Of a stretch of 64,000 nucleotides of DNA, positions 47,527-61,004 are shown piece after piece (the stretch's first letter is position 1; each line of letters starts with the position of its first letter). The notes under the pieces were generated by a model. That model was not told the origin of the DNA and did no database searches. It saw only the letters and a list, made by a program, of their open reading frames with translations. Source of the DNA: Blastocystis sp. Blastoise (taxonomy: Eukaryota; Protista; Bigyra: Opalinata); contig JBBPEB010000024.1 of assembly GCA_039096225.1 (NCBI GenBank), positions 372,001-436,000 on the forward strand, given 5' to 3'. Made by a program: the position numbers and the translations under genes.

Positions 47527-47595
47527 CCTTAGACTGAATATGGTCAGTAACAATCATTCATAGATTATTATCAGGTTCAATTCCTGATCTAAGGT
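47527..47595 (+). ncRNA. tRNA-like cloverleaf 1 (anticodon-position triplet TCA)
   Basis: Acceptor CCTTAGA/TCTAAGG; D stem CTGA/TCAG with GG in the loop; stem AATC/GATT with 7-nt loop ATTCATA; T-arm TCAGG-TTCAATT-CCTGA; T6 run ~12 nt downstream. Confidence 0.6.
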
Positions 47596-49269
47596 CATTT
47601 ATTATGTTTTTTGGAAAATTATAAATATTTTTTCTCTATAGATATTTTCATTTATTAATACTATGATATTGCTATATTGATTGTTAAGGAATTAAATAAA
47701 CTCTATGAATCGTTTGTCATTTGTATATAATGTTTTTAGATACGTTTACTTAACACACAACACATTCACAATTACATTCATTTAGAATCTTCTCTTCATT
47801 AATTCATTCTGCTAATCATCTTATTGATCAATTCTAGACGCAAATAAAATATAAATATTCATCAATAACATCTTGAAACCTATAAACAAGCAATGCATTC
47901 TTTGTTTATACTCTTAAAAATGATTCTAAGTGTTGATATTAACATAATTGACATTAATAATCATTTCTAACATTTATAAACTACTTTTTAATACTTTTGA
48001 AGAACTTAAACAAATTTAAATTACCTAGAAAACTATTATAATTAGCATCTGGATGATACATGTCAGAAGAGAATTCAAATTATTTATAGAAAAATAAAAT
48101 AACGATATTCTAACTCAACATATCAATAAGAAAAATCAATTTTGCTTGTAACTCTATCATAAATGATTTGTTTACTAAAAGACCTATTCAAATCAACATA
48201 GAATTTAAATTTAAACACACACAAATCATCGATTCTCATAATTCCACTAATTTTTCTCAATCAAATGACTATCGTATATGCAACTCATTCTTGTTAATTT
48301 CATCAATTATAACGATTTCCTTATGACTGAAATTATCAGTTTTATTGTATTCAATACTCTATAAATAATTAACCAATTAACTAATCTTATTTACTTAAAT
48401 ACATACTCCAACAACAACAACAAGACATCAAGAGAAAAAAAACAGCTTAAAGTATTTAAATAAAATAATATTCAATAAAAAGTTGAAATACTAAGATTTC
48501 AATAAAATTTAATAAATTAATTTATTGTGAAGTTTCAATAATCCCATAAAAATATGATTAATCTCGTTTTTGTATGCTTTAAGCATATATTTATCTATAT
48601 ATAGGCCCTAGAAGTATATTAGAGTGTCTTGCAGTCTCCATTGTTGAATTAATCTGCATTAGTCTGTCTCCATCTTCTAATATGAGCTTATCTAGGTGAT
48701 GCAGTTTGGTTGAACTAGATGATCAGGTATTGTTTTGTTGTTATAAATGTGATGATGTGACGTCACTACACAAAACTATTTCTTTAGGCTTCCTAAGATA
48801 GTCATAATGGACTCATCATGCTAACTGAATGATTTTTAAATCTTTTATGAAAAAAAGAACTTAATTGTATCGATAGATTTATCTTAAATAATATAATAAA
48901 GTAAGTTTCTTTGCCAAATAAACTATCTCCAAAGTTCATATATTCATTATTGATATAGATTGGCTTGATTTATATTCAGATTGTAAGTATATATATATTT
49001 TTTTCTATATATTTTTATAACCATTATTATATAATACTTTATATAATTTATTGTAATACTCTAAAGTCTATTTCTTGCTTTTTGGATCACTAAATTCTTG
49101 GTTTCTCTTTTATATGCTATGTTAACATTACCTTATTATACTTTTTTATATAATAATATTTTCTTTATTATTAAGAATCATTTTTATTTATCATTGTGAT
49201 TTGTTACATTCAATATATTTATTGAGCAAATTTATTTTGAATTATTCTCATTTTTATTAATATATATGT

Positions 49270-50345
49270 CCAAAATTTTTATATATATTTTTCTTCATTC
49301 TTATTTTCTCCTCTTGTCCTATATTTGTCTTTTTCTCACTTTCACTCTTCCATTCTATCTTCTCTTCTAATTCTACTTATTTTATATTCTTATGTTACAT
49401 AAAACAATTATCGCTATTCTTAATACTCTGTTTTATTTCATGTTCCTTTATAGTATATTCCAGTTTTTCATTCTCTTTCTTCTTTCCTTTCTATTAATTA
49501 TTACTGGTTCTTCTTCTCTTATCATTACCTACTCTTCTTCATTTCCATCACTTTATTCTTCTTCTTTTTCATTTCCTTCTTATATCATTACTTCCTTTCT
49601 CATCTCCTTCCAATTATACTTTTTTTATTCACTATTCATTTTATTTATTCATCTACACGTTCTGTTTATACGCTTTTCTTCTTCTTTTTTCTTCATCTAT
49701 ATATTCTCCTTCTCCTCCCAGTCTTCTTCTTCTATTTATGCTTTGTCTCTTTCTATTCTCCTATATATATCATTCATCTCCTTCTTTTCCTTCTCTATCT
49801 CATCCTCTCTATATCTATTTCTTCTTCTTCTACATATCCTTTTTCCACTTTTTCTATATCTTTTGTTTCTCTTTCTATAGCTTCTATATATCATTCTTCT
49901 CTATCTCCATCTCCATCTTCTTTTTAAATCTTCTTATTTTTTCTCTTTTATATTCTTCTCATCTTATTCATTTCCATCTATTTTTCTCTATATCTCATTA
50001 TTTTCAATATTTATTACACATAATATCATTTATATTTAATTTTTTTTCACTCTCATTCTCTTTTTCATATACATAAGTAGTCTCATATGTTTTATTTTCA
50101 TCTTCACTTGCACTTACTATGTGTATTCTCCTCATCTTTTTATTTCCTACTAAATTTATTTTCCTTAATTCTTCTTCTAACTCTCTTTTCTCTATATTAT
50201 TTTCTTCTTCTTCCTTATACATGACTTTTTCTCCATATATTTCTTTTAACTTTTACCTTCTAATTTTATTATCTACTCAGATTTCGTCTTTTTCTAATTC
50301 TTATTTATATCGATTTTTGTTTACTCTCAATCTTTCTAAATAATT
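49270..50345 (-). pseudogene. Decayed Lys/Glu-rich low-complexity (coiled-coil-like) coding remnant
   Basis: Strong purine skew on the minus strand; E/K-rich translation (MYKEEEENNIEKRELEEE...) broken by many stops and shifts. Confidence 0.45.
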
Positions 50346-50821
50346 CATTCTTTTTCTCATTTAATTAATATTCTTCACTTTTTTCCACTTCTCATTTACT
50401 AATCTATTTATTCTTATTCTTTTCTTCATTATTTTTTATGCTTAATTCCTGTCTTTTATTAGTTTTTTTATCTATGATATATATTCTTTCCATATTTAAA
50501 AATTAATTCTATCTATTATTTATTAATCAAAATTTAACTTTTTTCATTAAAATATAAATTCTTGCTTATTATTTCTTTATTTATAGATATAATTTTATTT
50601 TTTTTTTCTTATTTATATATTTAACTTTTATATTATAAAATAATGTTTTTTTTTTATAAGACTTATATAATAGTAATAACAATAATTTATTTTTAATTTA
50701 ATTAATTTAAACATAGAATATAAATATACATTTATACATCTATATTATTTATTTACATTTTTTATGATATAAATATATTAAATATTATGTATTTTATTAT
50801 GATTATTATGATTATTATTAC

Positions 50822-50890
50822 TCTTATGCTCTATAAGGTGAGAGACTATCATAATTCGATAGTAATCAGGTTCAACTCCTGACATAAGCT
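50822..50890 (+). ncRNA. tRNA-like cloverleaf 2 (anticodon-position triplet AAT)
   Basis: Acceptor CTTATG/CATAAG; D stem CTC/GAG with GG in the loop; ACTATC/GATAGT stem with 7-nt loop; T-arm TCAGG-TTCAACT-CCTGA; aligns without gaps to cloverleaf 1. Confidence 0.6.
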
Positions 50891-52348
50891 ATTATATTTA
50901 TATATATATAAATTGATATCTTATTTAATAAAGATTTATTTTGAAGCTATATTTACACTCATTAATATATATATCAGACTTTTTATAGCTCTTTAAGTGT
51001 AAAAAACGACAGTTTTTGAAATGAGTTGTAATCTGATGTATTCTCAACAGTACCGGTTATTGAAAATATGCTATTAATGAGCCAAATACAATTTTAAAAC
51101 TTAAATTCATTTATTTATTATAAAATATACTCAAGTACAGAGTATATTCAGCAATGATTAAGAATTTAGCCACTTTAGTTCATTATTTTAAACTTAATTC
51201 CTGTCAATAAGTTCATAAATATTAACCAATTTAATATATATACATTGATGACAGTTAATCAACCTTATTTTTTTTATCACAACTACTCGATCCATAAAAT
51301 AAAAATTTATTCTTTAAATATAGCATATAGAAACTAATGTAATATATAAAATAAAACGTTTTGATTTGAATCCGTCTTTTATTATCGTTTTATTTTAAAC
51401 ATTTCACTATTGAGGCTTGAAAAACAATTGTTTGAAGCTAATATGTGTATATATTTGTAGTCAAAAATGCATATATTATACTATTACAATATAAATGAAA
51501 ATAAAGAGTGACAAGAAATGGGTTGACTGCCAAAAATGACTTTTATAAGTTAAAAATAGTTTTATGAGATTTGTAGATTTATATTAAATGTATAAATATA
51601 TGATTAAAATAGAATCTCAGTTGAAACACGTATTTCAAGTGTAAATCGACAGCCGCTAAATAAAATTATTTAATAGTTTACTTTTAGTCAAGGTTATCTT
51701 ATAATAATTTATGCATTATTTCCTTTTTCTTTTTATGTTCGATACAATCTTTCAAACAATTTTATCATTATTCTATTCTAATAGGTTATTAATTGAATTG
51801 ATATAAAATATAGACTACATATTGCCATCTTAATAATATATTAGTAAACATAAATGTATGGATATAAATAAATACGAATAGAGAAATATTTTTAAAAAAT
51901 TAATGGAATAGTATTGTTTAATAAAAGAACTTCTAATAGAAATCTAGAAATCTATCTATTGGATAAAAATTATAGAATCTAACTGTATATAATATTTATT
52001 ATCTTTTTAAAGATATATAGAAATAAATCAAATTTACACAATTATTATATAAACTAATACTATAAAACAATGAAATAGAAATGTTAACAAATATTTTTGG
52101 GCATTTCTAATAAATATATATGATATATTAGGTAGAGAGACAATAACTAATAAAATTTGCGTATTTCTAATATTTTTTAGTATAGTTTTTGCATTAAATT
52201 AACTTAAGTAAACAATTTTATCAATGTTTAATATGATTATTATATAACAAAACTAATAGAATATTATCATAATATTAATCATGAATAATTATTAAAATAA
52301 AATAAAAAAATAATAATATATATATATATGAAATTATAAACAAAAGCA

Positions 52349-55300
52349 TTATAACGTAACAGGTTTTTCAACTTTTACAGTTTCAATTTCAGGTGTTTTT
52401 TTATGAGGTTGTAATTTCTTTTCTTTCTTTTCTTTCTTTATATTTTTTAGAACAAATATTAATATCAAAAGTATAACAAGAATTACTACAACAACAATAA
52501 GAATAATTGTTGTAATTGAAAGAGAATTACCTGTTGATACTATTTTTCCATTAATTGAAGTATTAGTAATATTTTGAAGATTAGAATCATTACTTGTTTT
52601 ACATGCTTTAAGAAGAATAGAATCAATACCAGTAAATAAAGTATTTATATCATTCTTTATATTATCTTCATCAGATTCATTAGCAGTTATTCTTACATTA
52701 ACTGAAACACCATCAGTATAAGTAGATATACTAGAAACACTAATAATCTTTACAGCAGATGAAGGAATAGAATAACTAGTAAGTGATTGAACAATAAGTG
52801 TTCTAAATGTTTCAGTAGTAGAAGGAGTATTAAAAGCAGCTTCAGTTAATCCTTCAAGTTTTATAGGAACATCAATAAATATTTTATTATCACCAGGATT
52901 CTCATTTGTAATAAATATATAACAATCAGAATTATCAGCAATTTGCCAAGAAGCAGTACCAACACCTGTATTTTGACAAACACGACTTTGAATACCTAAT
53001 TGACCAGAAGGACATTCAATATAAGCAGTTATATCTCTTTCAGTAATAGGCCAATTATCATCAGAAGGACAATAAACAATACTTATCGTAATAGTAATAG
53101 TAGCAGTAGATTCTCCTCTAGCATTAGAAGCAGTAATAGTATAACTATTAGAAGAAGCTGAAGTAGGAATACCATATATAAAGCCATTTTGAGTATTAAA
53201 TATTAATCCATCAGGAAGAGAAGGAGATATAGTTAAAGGATTAAGATTACCACCTGTAATAGAAGCCATAATTGGAGTAATAATATCATTCTTATATCCA
53301 ATAATCGTATTAGTATTATAAGAAATGGTAGGATTCTTTAATTCACAATTATTAATAACAGTATCCCAAACAGCAGGATAACCAAGTTTACATAATCTAG
53401 TTCTAAATCCTTCATAATTAATAGGATCTTCACATGGTAAAGTAATTTGTTGACCAATTTCAGTCATAGACCAACCATTTTCAGCAACACAAGAAATAAT
53501 ACTTATCGTAATAGTAATAGTAGTAGTAGATTCTCCTCTTGAATTAGAAATAGTTACAGTATAAGTATTAGAAGAATCAGAAGTAGGAATACCATAAATT
53601 AATCCAGTAGTAGGATTAAATGATAATCCATCAGGAAGAGAAGGAGATATAGTTAAAGGATTCAAATTACCACCTGTAATAGAAGCAACCACAGGAGTAA
53701 TAGCAATATTTTTATATCCAATAATTTCATTAGTATGATAAGAAATTGAAGGCATCTTTAATTGACAATTATTAATAACAGTATCCCAAACAGCAGGATA
53801 TTCAAGTTTACATAATCTTGTTCTAAATCCTTCATAATTAATAGGATCTTCACATGGTAAAGTAATTTGTTGACCAATTTCTGTAGCAGACCAAACAGTA
53901 TCATCAGGACAATTAGCAATACTAATAATAATAGTAATAGTAGCAGTTGATTCTCCTCTTGAATTAGATATACTAATAGTATAACTATTAGAAGAATCAG
54001 AAGTAGGTGTACCATATATTTGACCATTTTGATTATTAAAAGATAATCCATCAGGAAGAGAAGGATTAATAGTTAAAGGATTCAAATTACCTCCTGTAAT
54101 AGAAGCTATAATTGGAGTAATACCAATATTTTTATATCCAGTAATAGTAGTAGTTATATAAGAAATTGAAGGATTCTTTAGTTGACAATTATTAACAGCA
54201 TCTTCCCAAACAGCAGGATTTCCTAATAAACATAATCTTGTTCTAAATCCTTCATAATTAATAGTATCTTCACATGGTAAAGTAACTTGTTCTCCAGCTT
54301 CTGTAACAGGCCATATATCATCCATTATACAATTATAAATATTAATAATAATATTAATAACAGCATTATCTTCTCCTCTTGGATTTGATACAGTGATCAC
54401 ATAAGAACCAGAAGAAGAAGAAGTAGGTGTACCATATATTTGACCATTTTCAGTATTAAATATTAATCCATCAGGAAGAGAAGGATTAATAGTAATAGAA
54501 TTCAAATTACCACCTGTAATAGTAGCATTAACAGAATTAATAGCAATATTCTTATATCCAGTAATAGTAGTTATATCATATATAATTGAAGGCATTTTTA
54601 GTTGACAATTATTAATAATATCTCCCCAAACAGCAGGATATTCAAGTTTACATAATCTTGTTCTAAATCCTTCATAATTCATAGTATCTTCACAAGGTAA
54701 AGTAATTTGTTGACCAGCTTCTGTAGCAGGCCAAATATCATCAGAAATACAATTAGAAGCACTTATAGTAATAGTAATAGTCACAGTAGATTGACCTGTA
54801 GGATTAGAAATTGTTATAGTATAACTATTAGAAGAATCAGAAGTAGGAATACCATATATTTGACCATTTTCAGTATTAAATATTAATCCATCAGGAAGAG
54901 AAGGAGATATAGTTAAAGGATTAAGATTACCACCTGTAATAGTAGCAGCCACAGGAGTAATAGCATTATTTTTATTACCTATTATATTAGTAGTAGCATA
55001 TGAGATAGTAGGTAATAAAAGTTGACAATTATTAATAATATCTCCCCAAACAGCAGGATCTCCTCTTATACATAATCTTGTTCTAAATCCTTCATAATTA
55101 ATAGTATCTTCACAATCTAAAATAGCTTGTTCTCCAGCTTCTGTAATAGGCCAAATATCATCAATAGGACAACTACTATCTTTTATAGTAATAGTAATAG
55201 TAGCAGTAGATTCACCTCTAGGATTAGAAATCGTAATAGTATATAATACAGAAGAAGAAGAAGTAGTAGTAGTAGGTGTACCATATATTAATCCAGTAAT

Positions 55301-58300
55301 AGAATTAAAGAATAAACCATTAGGAAGAGAAGGAGATATAGTTAAAGGATTAAGATTACTTCCAGTTATAAGAGCAGTAATAGGTGTAATAGGAACATTT
55401 TTATATCCAATAGTTGTAGGTACTGTATATATTATACTTGGCATTCTTAATTCACAATTATTAATAATAGTATCCCAAATAGCAGGATAACCAAGTTTAC
55501 ATAATCTTGTTCTTGATCCTTCATAATTAATAAGATCTTCACATGGTAAATCATATTGTTGACCAATTTCTGTAAGAGGCCAATTATATTCAGAAGTACA
55601 GAAAACTATATCAATGTAAATGACAATAGTAGTAGAAACAGAACCAGCAGTATTCGTAGCAGTAATAGTATAAGTAGTAAGAGCAGAATTAGTAGTAGGT
55701 GTACCAGAAATCATACCATTAGAAGGATTTAATATAAGACCATTAGGAAGAGAAGGATAAATAGTAAAAGTTAATTCAGCACCAGTAACAGTAGCAGGAA
55801 TAGAAGAATAAATATTCTTATGTAAAGTAAAAGGAGAACCAGTATAAGCAAGATCAGTAGGAGCAGTAAGATAACATAAATCTTGTTCATCACCAAAAAC
55901 ACCAGCAGTACATAATCTTCTCTTAGCACCAAGATAACCAGCAGGACATTCTTGGAAAGAATAACCACCTTCAACAGCAGGTCCCCAAATACCAGAAGCA
56001 GCACAAGAAGAAGGAGTATTAGTTATATATAAACCAAATTCAGATAATTGGAAGTTACCATCACCACAATTTACATTATTAAAAGCACGATTAGAACATT
56101 CAGTAGCAACCATTCTATATGAATTATAAGGTTGAGAAGAATAGAAATCATAGGAGAATGTTTGTCTGTAACTAGTAAATAATTGTTGACGTTCAAAATC
56201 TAATAAGTTCCAAGTAATACCATTATCATTAGAACCTTCTATTCTCCAACTAGATGGAGATCTTTGATTACAATCATTAGCATTAGTAATCTTATAATGA
56301 TTAATAAATTCTTTACGACCATTATTGAAAGTATATTGATAAATAGCACCAACACATCGTGGACCACTAAGAACCTTTGTATAAATACTATTATCAAATA
56401 ATTTATCAGTACCTTCATAATCAGTCTTTTCAATATCAGACCAAGCAACACCATCAGTTACTCTGTATTCACCAGAAGCAATAAAAGCAAAGGATCCAGT
56501 AAATTCATTAGTAGTAGGAAGAGTTTCTTTCTTATGAAGTTCAATAGCAAGAACATTAGTACCAACAACAAGAATAGGATTAGCAATTAAACTAAGAGAA
56601 GCCTTGAAGAAAGACCAATTAGCAAGTTCAGAAGTAGCTAAAGTAGAAGAAGAAAGAGTACCAGTAGGAAGATTAGATCTCATGATTTCTTGACCATTAA
56701 GATAAACAGCAATACCAGCATAACCCTTAATACTAATTTCATAACCAGCAGAAGTAGCATCAATAGCAGAAACACTGAAAATAGTTCTATAATATTGAGT
56801 ATTACCAGTAAGAGTAGGTAAAAAGCCAGCAATACCAGTAGACCAAGAGTCATCAGAGAAAGAAGCAGTATTCCAACCAGAAGGAGCAGCAGAACCATCA
56901 TTTAAGTATTTCCAAGAAGTAGAAGAACCAATAACTTGACCAATATATACACTAACAGTCTTAGGAGATTCTTGAGAAGCAACAGTACCAGTAGCATAAA
57001 CATTATTATCAATATCTAAGATAGTATAAGTACCAGCACCCCAACCATCATTCATACTATCTGATAAAACAAGAGAATAAATACCCTTAGGTTTACAATA
57101 AGAGAAATATTGAGTAGCCCAATCAACAGCAGTAGTCTTAGTATCAATAACAGTACCAGCAGCATCCTTAAGAGTCCAAGAAGCTTCACCAGCACCACCT
57201 TCAAAATAGAATTTAAGAACAAAAGCAGTATTAGGTTCAGAGCAAGTAGTAACAGATAAAGTAATAGTAGTAGCAACAGGAGTACCTTGAATATTCTTAG
57301 CACTAATAGTATAAGTAGTGGGAGATTGAAGTTGAGTAGCAATACCATTCAAGTAACCATTAGAAGTATCCATAGTAAGACCAGTAGGAAGAGCAGGAGA
57401 AATAGTGAAATCATAATAATATTCAGAAGAAACTAAAAGAGCAGGAACAGTAACATCTTTATAAGCAACAATAGTAGAAGGAGTAAAACTGAAAGCAGGA
57501 ATAACAAGAGATTCAATATCTTCAATATATAATTCAAATTCACAAGCAGCATATCTGTTACTAGCTACTACTTCAGCAGCCTTAGATACAGTCCATCTAT
57601 AAGTAATATAAGCTTTATTATTAGTAGGCATATAGAAACATTGTCTTTGTTGTCTTTCTTCCCAAGAAACATTAGACATAGTACTTAAATCAGTGAAAGA
57701 AGTACCATCCATAGAACCAGCAACAACCCAATCAACAGGATCATAACCTGGAGCATCATAATTGGAAACAACACAATATTTATTAATAAGTTCAGCTCTG
57801 TTATTTTTAAAAGTAATAGTAGCATAATGAGGAGTAACAGAATCATGTAAACCAGTAATCCATCTAGAGCCAAAACTACCATCAAAAAGACCACCAGCAA
57901 AACCACCAATATCATTATTAGTAGTATAATAAGTACCTTCAATATCTTGTTGAACAGTAGAATCAGCAGTTAAATGGAAAACACCATCGAAAGTTAAATA
58001 ATAAGCTTCAGTACCAATATTAACAAGAGCAACAGCAATAGTAACAGAATTACCATTAGAAAGAGTAGAGAGTTTACCAGAAACACCCTTCCAAGAGAAA
58101 GAACTATCACCACCAGTAGGAGTAGTAGCAGTAGTAATAGGACCATCAGCTAAATTATATCTATAGACTTCATTACCATTTACATAAACAACAACACCAG
58201 CTCTAGACATAAACATAAATTCCCAACCTTTCATATTAGTCTTAGAAGTAACAGTGAAAGATTTTCTAAGAAGAACAATAGGAGTAGCAACACTAGCTAC

Positions 58301-60265
58301 AGGAAGAGCAGTAATAGAACTCCAAGCAGCATCAGAGAAAGTCATAGAATACCAATTAGGATCAATAACAGTAGCAGGGAAATATTTCCAACCAGACATA
58401 GGAGCAAGATCAAGACGAGTATTTACATAATATGTAGCAGTAGTACCAGTTTGTAAATAAAGACGACCAACAGTGAAATATTGATTAACACCATATTGAA
58501 CAGTAACTTTAAGACTAGAACCTTGATCCCAACCATTATTACCATCATCATTTAAAACAAATCTCATTCTACCAGCAACAACACAATCAGAATAAGTTTG
58601 GGTACCACCATTACCAACACCACTAAATACAGAAACACCAGCTTCAGAATAAGCAGTGAAACGTTCTTCAGCAAAATTAACAGAACCACCATTAGCCTTA
58701 GTAATAGTAACAAGAGACATAGCAGGTTGTTGACAACCTATAGAAACATATAATATTTAAAAATAGTAATTTATTTAAAGCAATAGAAAAAATATATATA
58801 TTATTATAATATATATACCATTAATAGTAATAGTAACGGATGTAGTAACAGTTTGATCAGTAGCACCATCCGTAGCATAAACAGTATAAACAGTCATACT
58901 AAAACCATTAGTAGGAGTACCATAAATATTACCATTAGCACTGTTGAAGAAAAGACCAGCAGGAAGAGCAGGAGTAATAGAAAAATCATAATAACCAGTA
59001 CTAGTAACCTTAAGATTAACTTCAACAAAAACTAAAACAGTAACAGTAGCAGAATCATATTGAATACCAGCAGCAGGGATAGCCTTATTAATAGCACCAA
59101 AACTAACTTCAGACATTTGAGCAGCACCTTCACCATTATTATTCACTATAAAATATGTATGTAAATAAGTATATCACATCGTAATATATATGTGTTTACA
59201 AAATATATATATAAAGTAAAAAAAAATAATAATAATAATTGGAAAAAAAAACATACAAACTTCTAACTTAAAAGCGTTGAACATAAGTCTATTAGAAAGA
59301 ATTTCAAAAGGATACATAGTCTTTCTAGAGGCAAATAAATTTTCATTTCTATAATCTAAGAATTTCCAAGTAACACCAGAATCTTGAGAACCATAAAATT
59401 TCCATTCTCTAGGATCTCTTCCTTGCATATCATTACCAGAACCAATAGCATAACTATTAATCCAAATTTTAGAGTTAGCAGGTAAGGTATAAGTAATTAC
59501 ACAACTTCGAGAACCAGAAGATAAGTATTGAGTACTAACGGTACCATCAAATAATTTTTCGCATTTTTCAGCAGTAGAACCAGTATTTTCAGGTACACAT
59601 ACACCAGTACCACCATAACCATAATAAATAGGTTCTAAAAAATAATACTATGTATAAAGTTATTAAATGAAATATAAATAAATAATAAAAAGTATAATAA
59701 ATAATAAAAATTTAAATAAATAATAAAAATATAAATAAATAATAAAAATATAAATACTCTCAGTTCCCTTAATATCAGATGCCTTAGCATCAAAGACTTC
59801 AGGAGATCCAATTTGAGTAGCAGCAGCATGAACTTCAATAGCAACAGTAAAAGAAGTAGTAACAGAATAAAGAGAAAGAGGGAATGCTAATGTTTTATAA
59901 GTAGCAGTTTCTTCAACTAAAGTACTAGCAGTATTAGCATCAGAAACAGCAGGTAAACCAACACGGGAAACTTCTTGTCCATTAATATAAACAATATAAC
60001 CAGAATTAGAAAGAATTTCCATATTGAAAGCAACAGCAGCTGTAGCTAATATTCCAGAGAATCTGAAATAACGAGTAGTGGTAGCAATAGTAGGGAAGGC
60101 ACCAGTAGCAGCAGATGACCAAGTAGCATCAGCAAAACTAGGAGCAGCCCAAGAATTACCTACTTGAGCAGCAGTAGAATACTTCCAAGTAGATCCATAA
60201 GAAAGGATAGAAGTAACTAGAAAAACAAAAACATATATTATGATTTAAATTTAATATATATATAT

Positions 60266-60310
<45 letters not shown>

Positions 60311-60758
60311 GAGTAAATTGAACAGTCTTAGGTGTAGCTTCACCATAAGCTAGTCCCATGCCAGAAACATAATCGAAGCCATCATAAGTAACAGTGATAG
60401 TAGAATAGTAAGACCAACCATCTCCATAACTATAAAAAAAAATTAAATTAGATTTAAAGAATGTAAAATATAGATAGTATTCAAAGAAATAATTTACATA
60501 CGAATCAGAGATACCAAGAGTATAGACAGTATTTAATAATAAGCAAACTTCAGTGACAGTAGTCACAGAATTGGCACCTTGACCATTAGCAACCTTTTGG
60601 TTAATATCAACAACAGCACCAGTGTAAATATTCCATAATTCTTCATAGCCATATGTAGTACAATAATGAGTAACAGTTACTGCGACAGAAGGAGCAGTAC
60701 ATACAGCATTGACTGATGCAATAAAAGCAAGAGCAAAGAAAAGATAAATTGACTTCAT
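52349..60758 (-). CDS. Giant type-I membrane surface protein (~2,640 aa, 6 exons): signal peptide, galactose-binding/discoidin-like and He_PIG Ig-like domains, 8 HRM-like Cys modules, TM helix, short basic tail
   Basis: Signal peptide MKSIYLFFALAFIASVNA. Introns 60430-60501, 60217-60310, ~59635-59757, ~59146-59255 and ~58738-58818 splice in frame. ISPALPxGLx..NG.I.GTPT (He_PIG-like); PxxWxxxGSxDGxxW (discoidin-like); CxxxxxWPxTxxG..LPC..G.RTRLC..W (HRM-like); TM IILIVVVVILVILLILIFVL. Confidence 0.9.
53100..55620 (-). repeat. Coding tandem repeat, 420-nt (140-aa) unit = HRM-like + He_PIG-like module
   Basis: TTCTAAATCCTTCATAATT recurs at 53401, 53821, 54241, 54661 and 55081, with a further variant near 55510. 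Confidence 0.9.
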
Positions 60759-61004
60759 TTTGATATATCAAATAAGAAGTTAAAATAAAAGTCTCAAAGC
60801 TATTAAAACTTGTCAAAATAATGCATGATTTCTTTTTCCTAAGATGTATTAAATTCGTCAAGATTTTTGAGTGATCTACTAAAAAATTCTACAAGTTTTA
60901 CAAAATTAATATCAGCGCAACCAAAACCATTTGATAAACAATTTGGAACTATAAGCAATGAAATAATGAGTGATAACATCGCATATTTTTTTTTGAATAA
61001 TAAG
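60759..61004. promoter_or_regulatory. Probable bidirectional promoter
   Basis: Only 246 nt separate the start codons of the two divergent surface-protein paralogues. Confidence 0.5.

Noticed and set aside
47527-47595. Canonical tRNA-Sec or tRNA-Met call
   Set aside because: No long variable arm or extended acceptor stem for Sec; placing CAT as the anticodon breaks the stem.
49392-50343. Plus-strand hydrophobic F/S/L ORFs resembling membrane proteins
   Set aside because: Antisense shadow of the purine-rich E/K remnant on the minus strand.
53100-55620. Regular repeats as a CRISPR-like array
   Set aside because: 420-nt in-frame protein domain repeats with no repeat-spacer structure and no cas genes; eukaryotic context.
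53758-57942. Leu-rich overlapping ORFs within the surface gene (and at 61139-63628)
   Set aside because: Alternate-frame artefacts of the T-ending codon bias.
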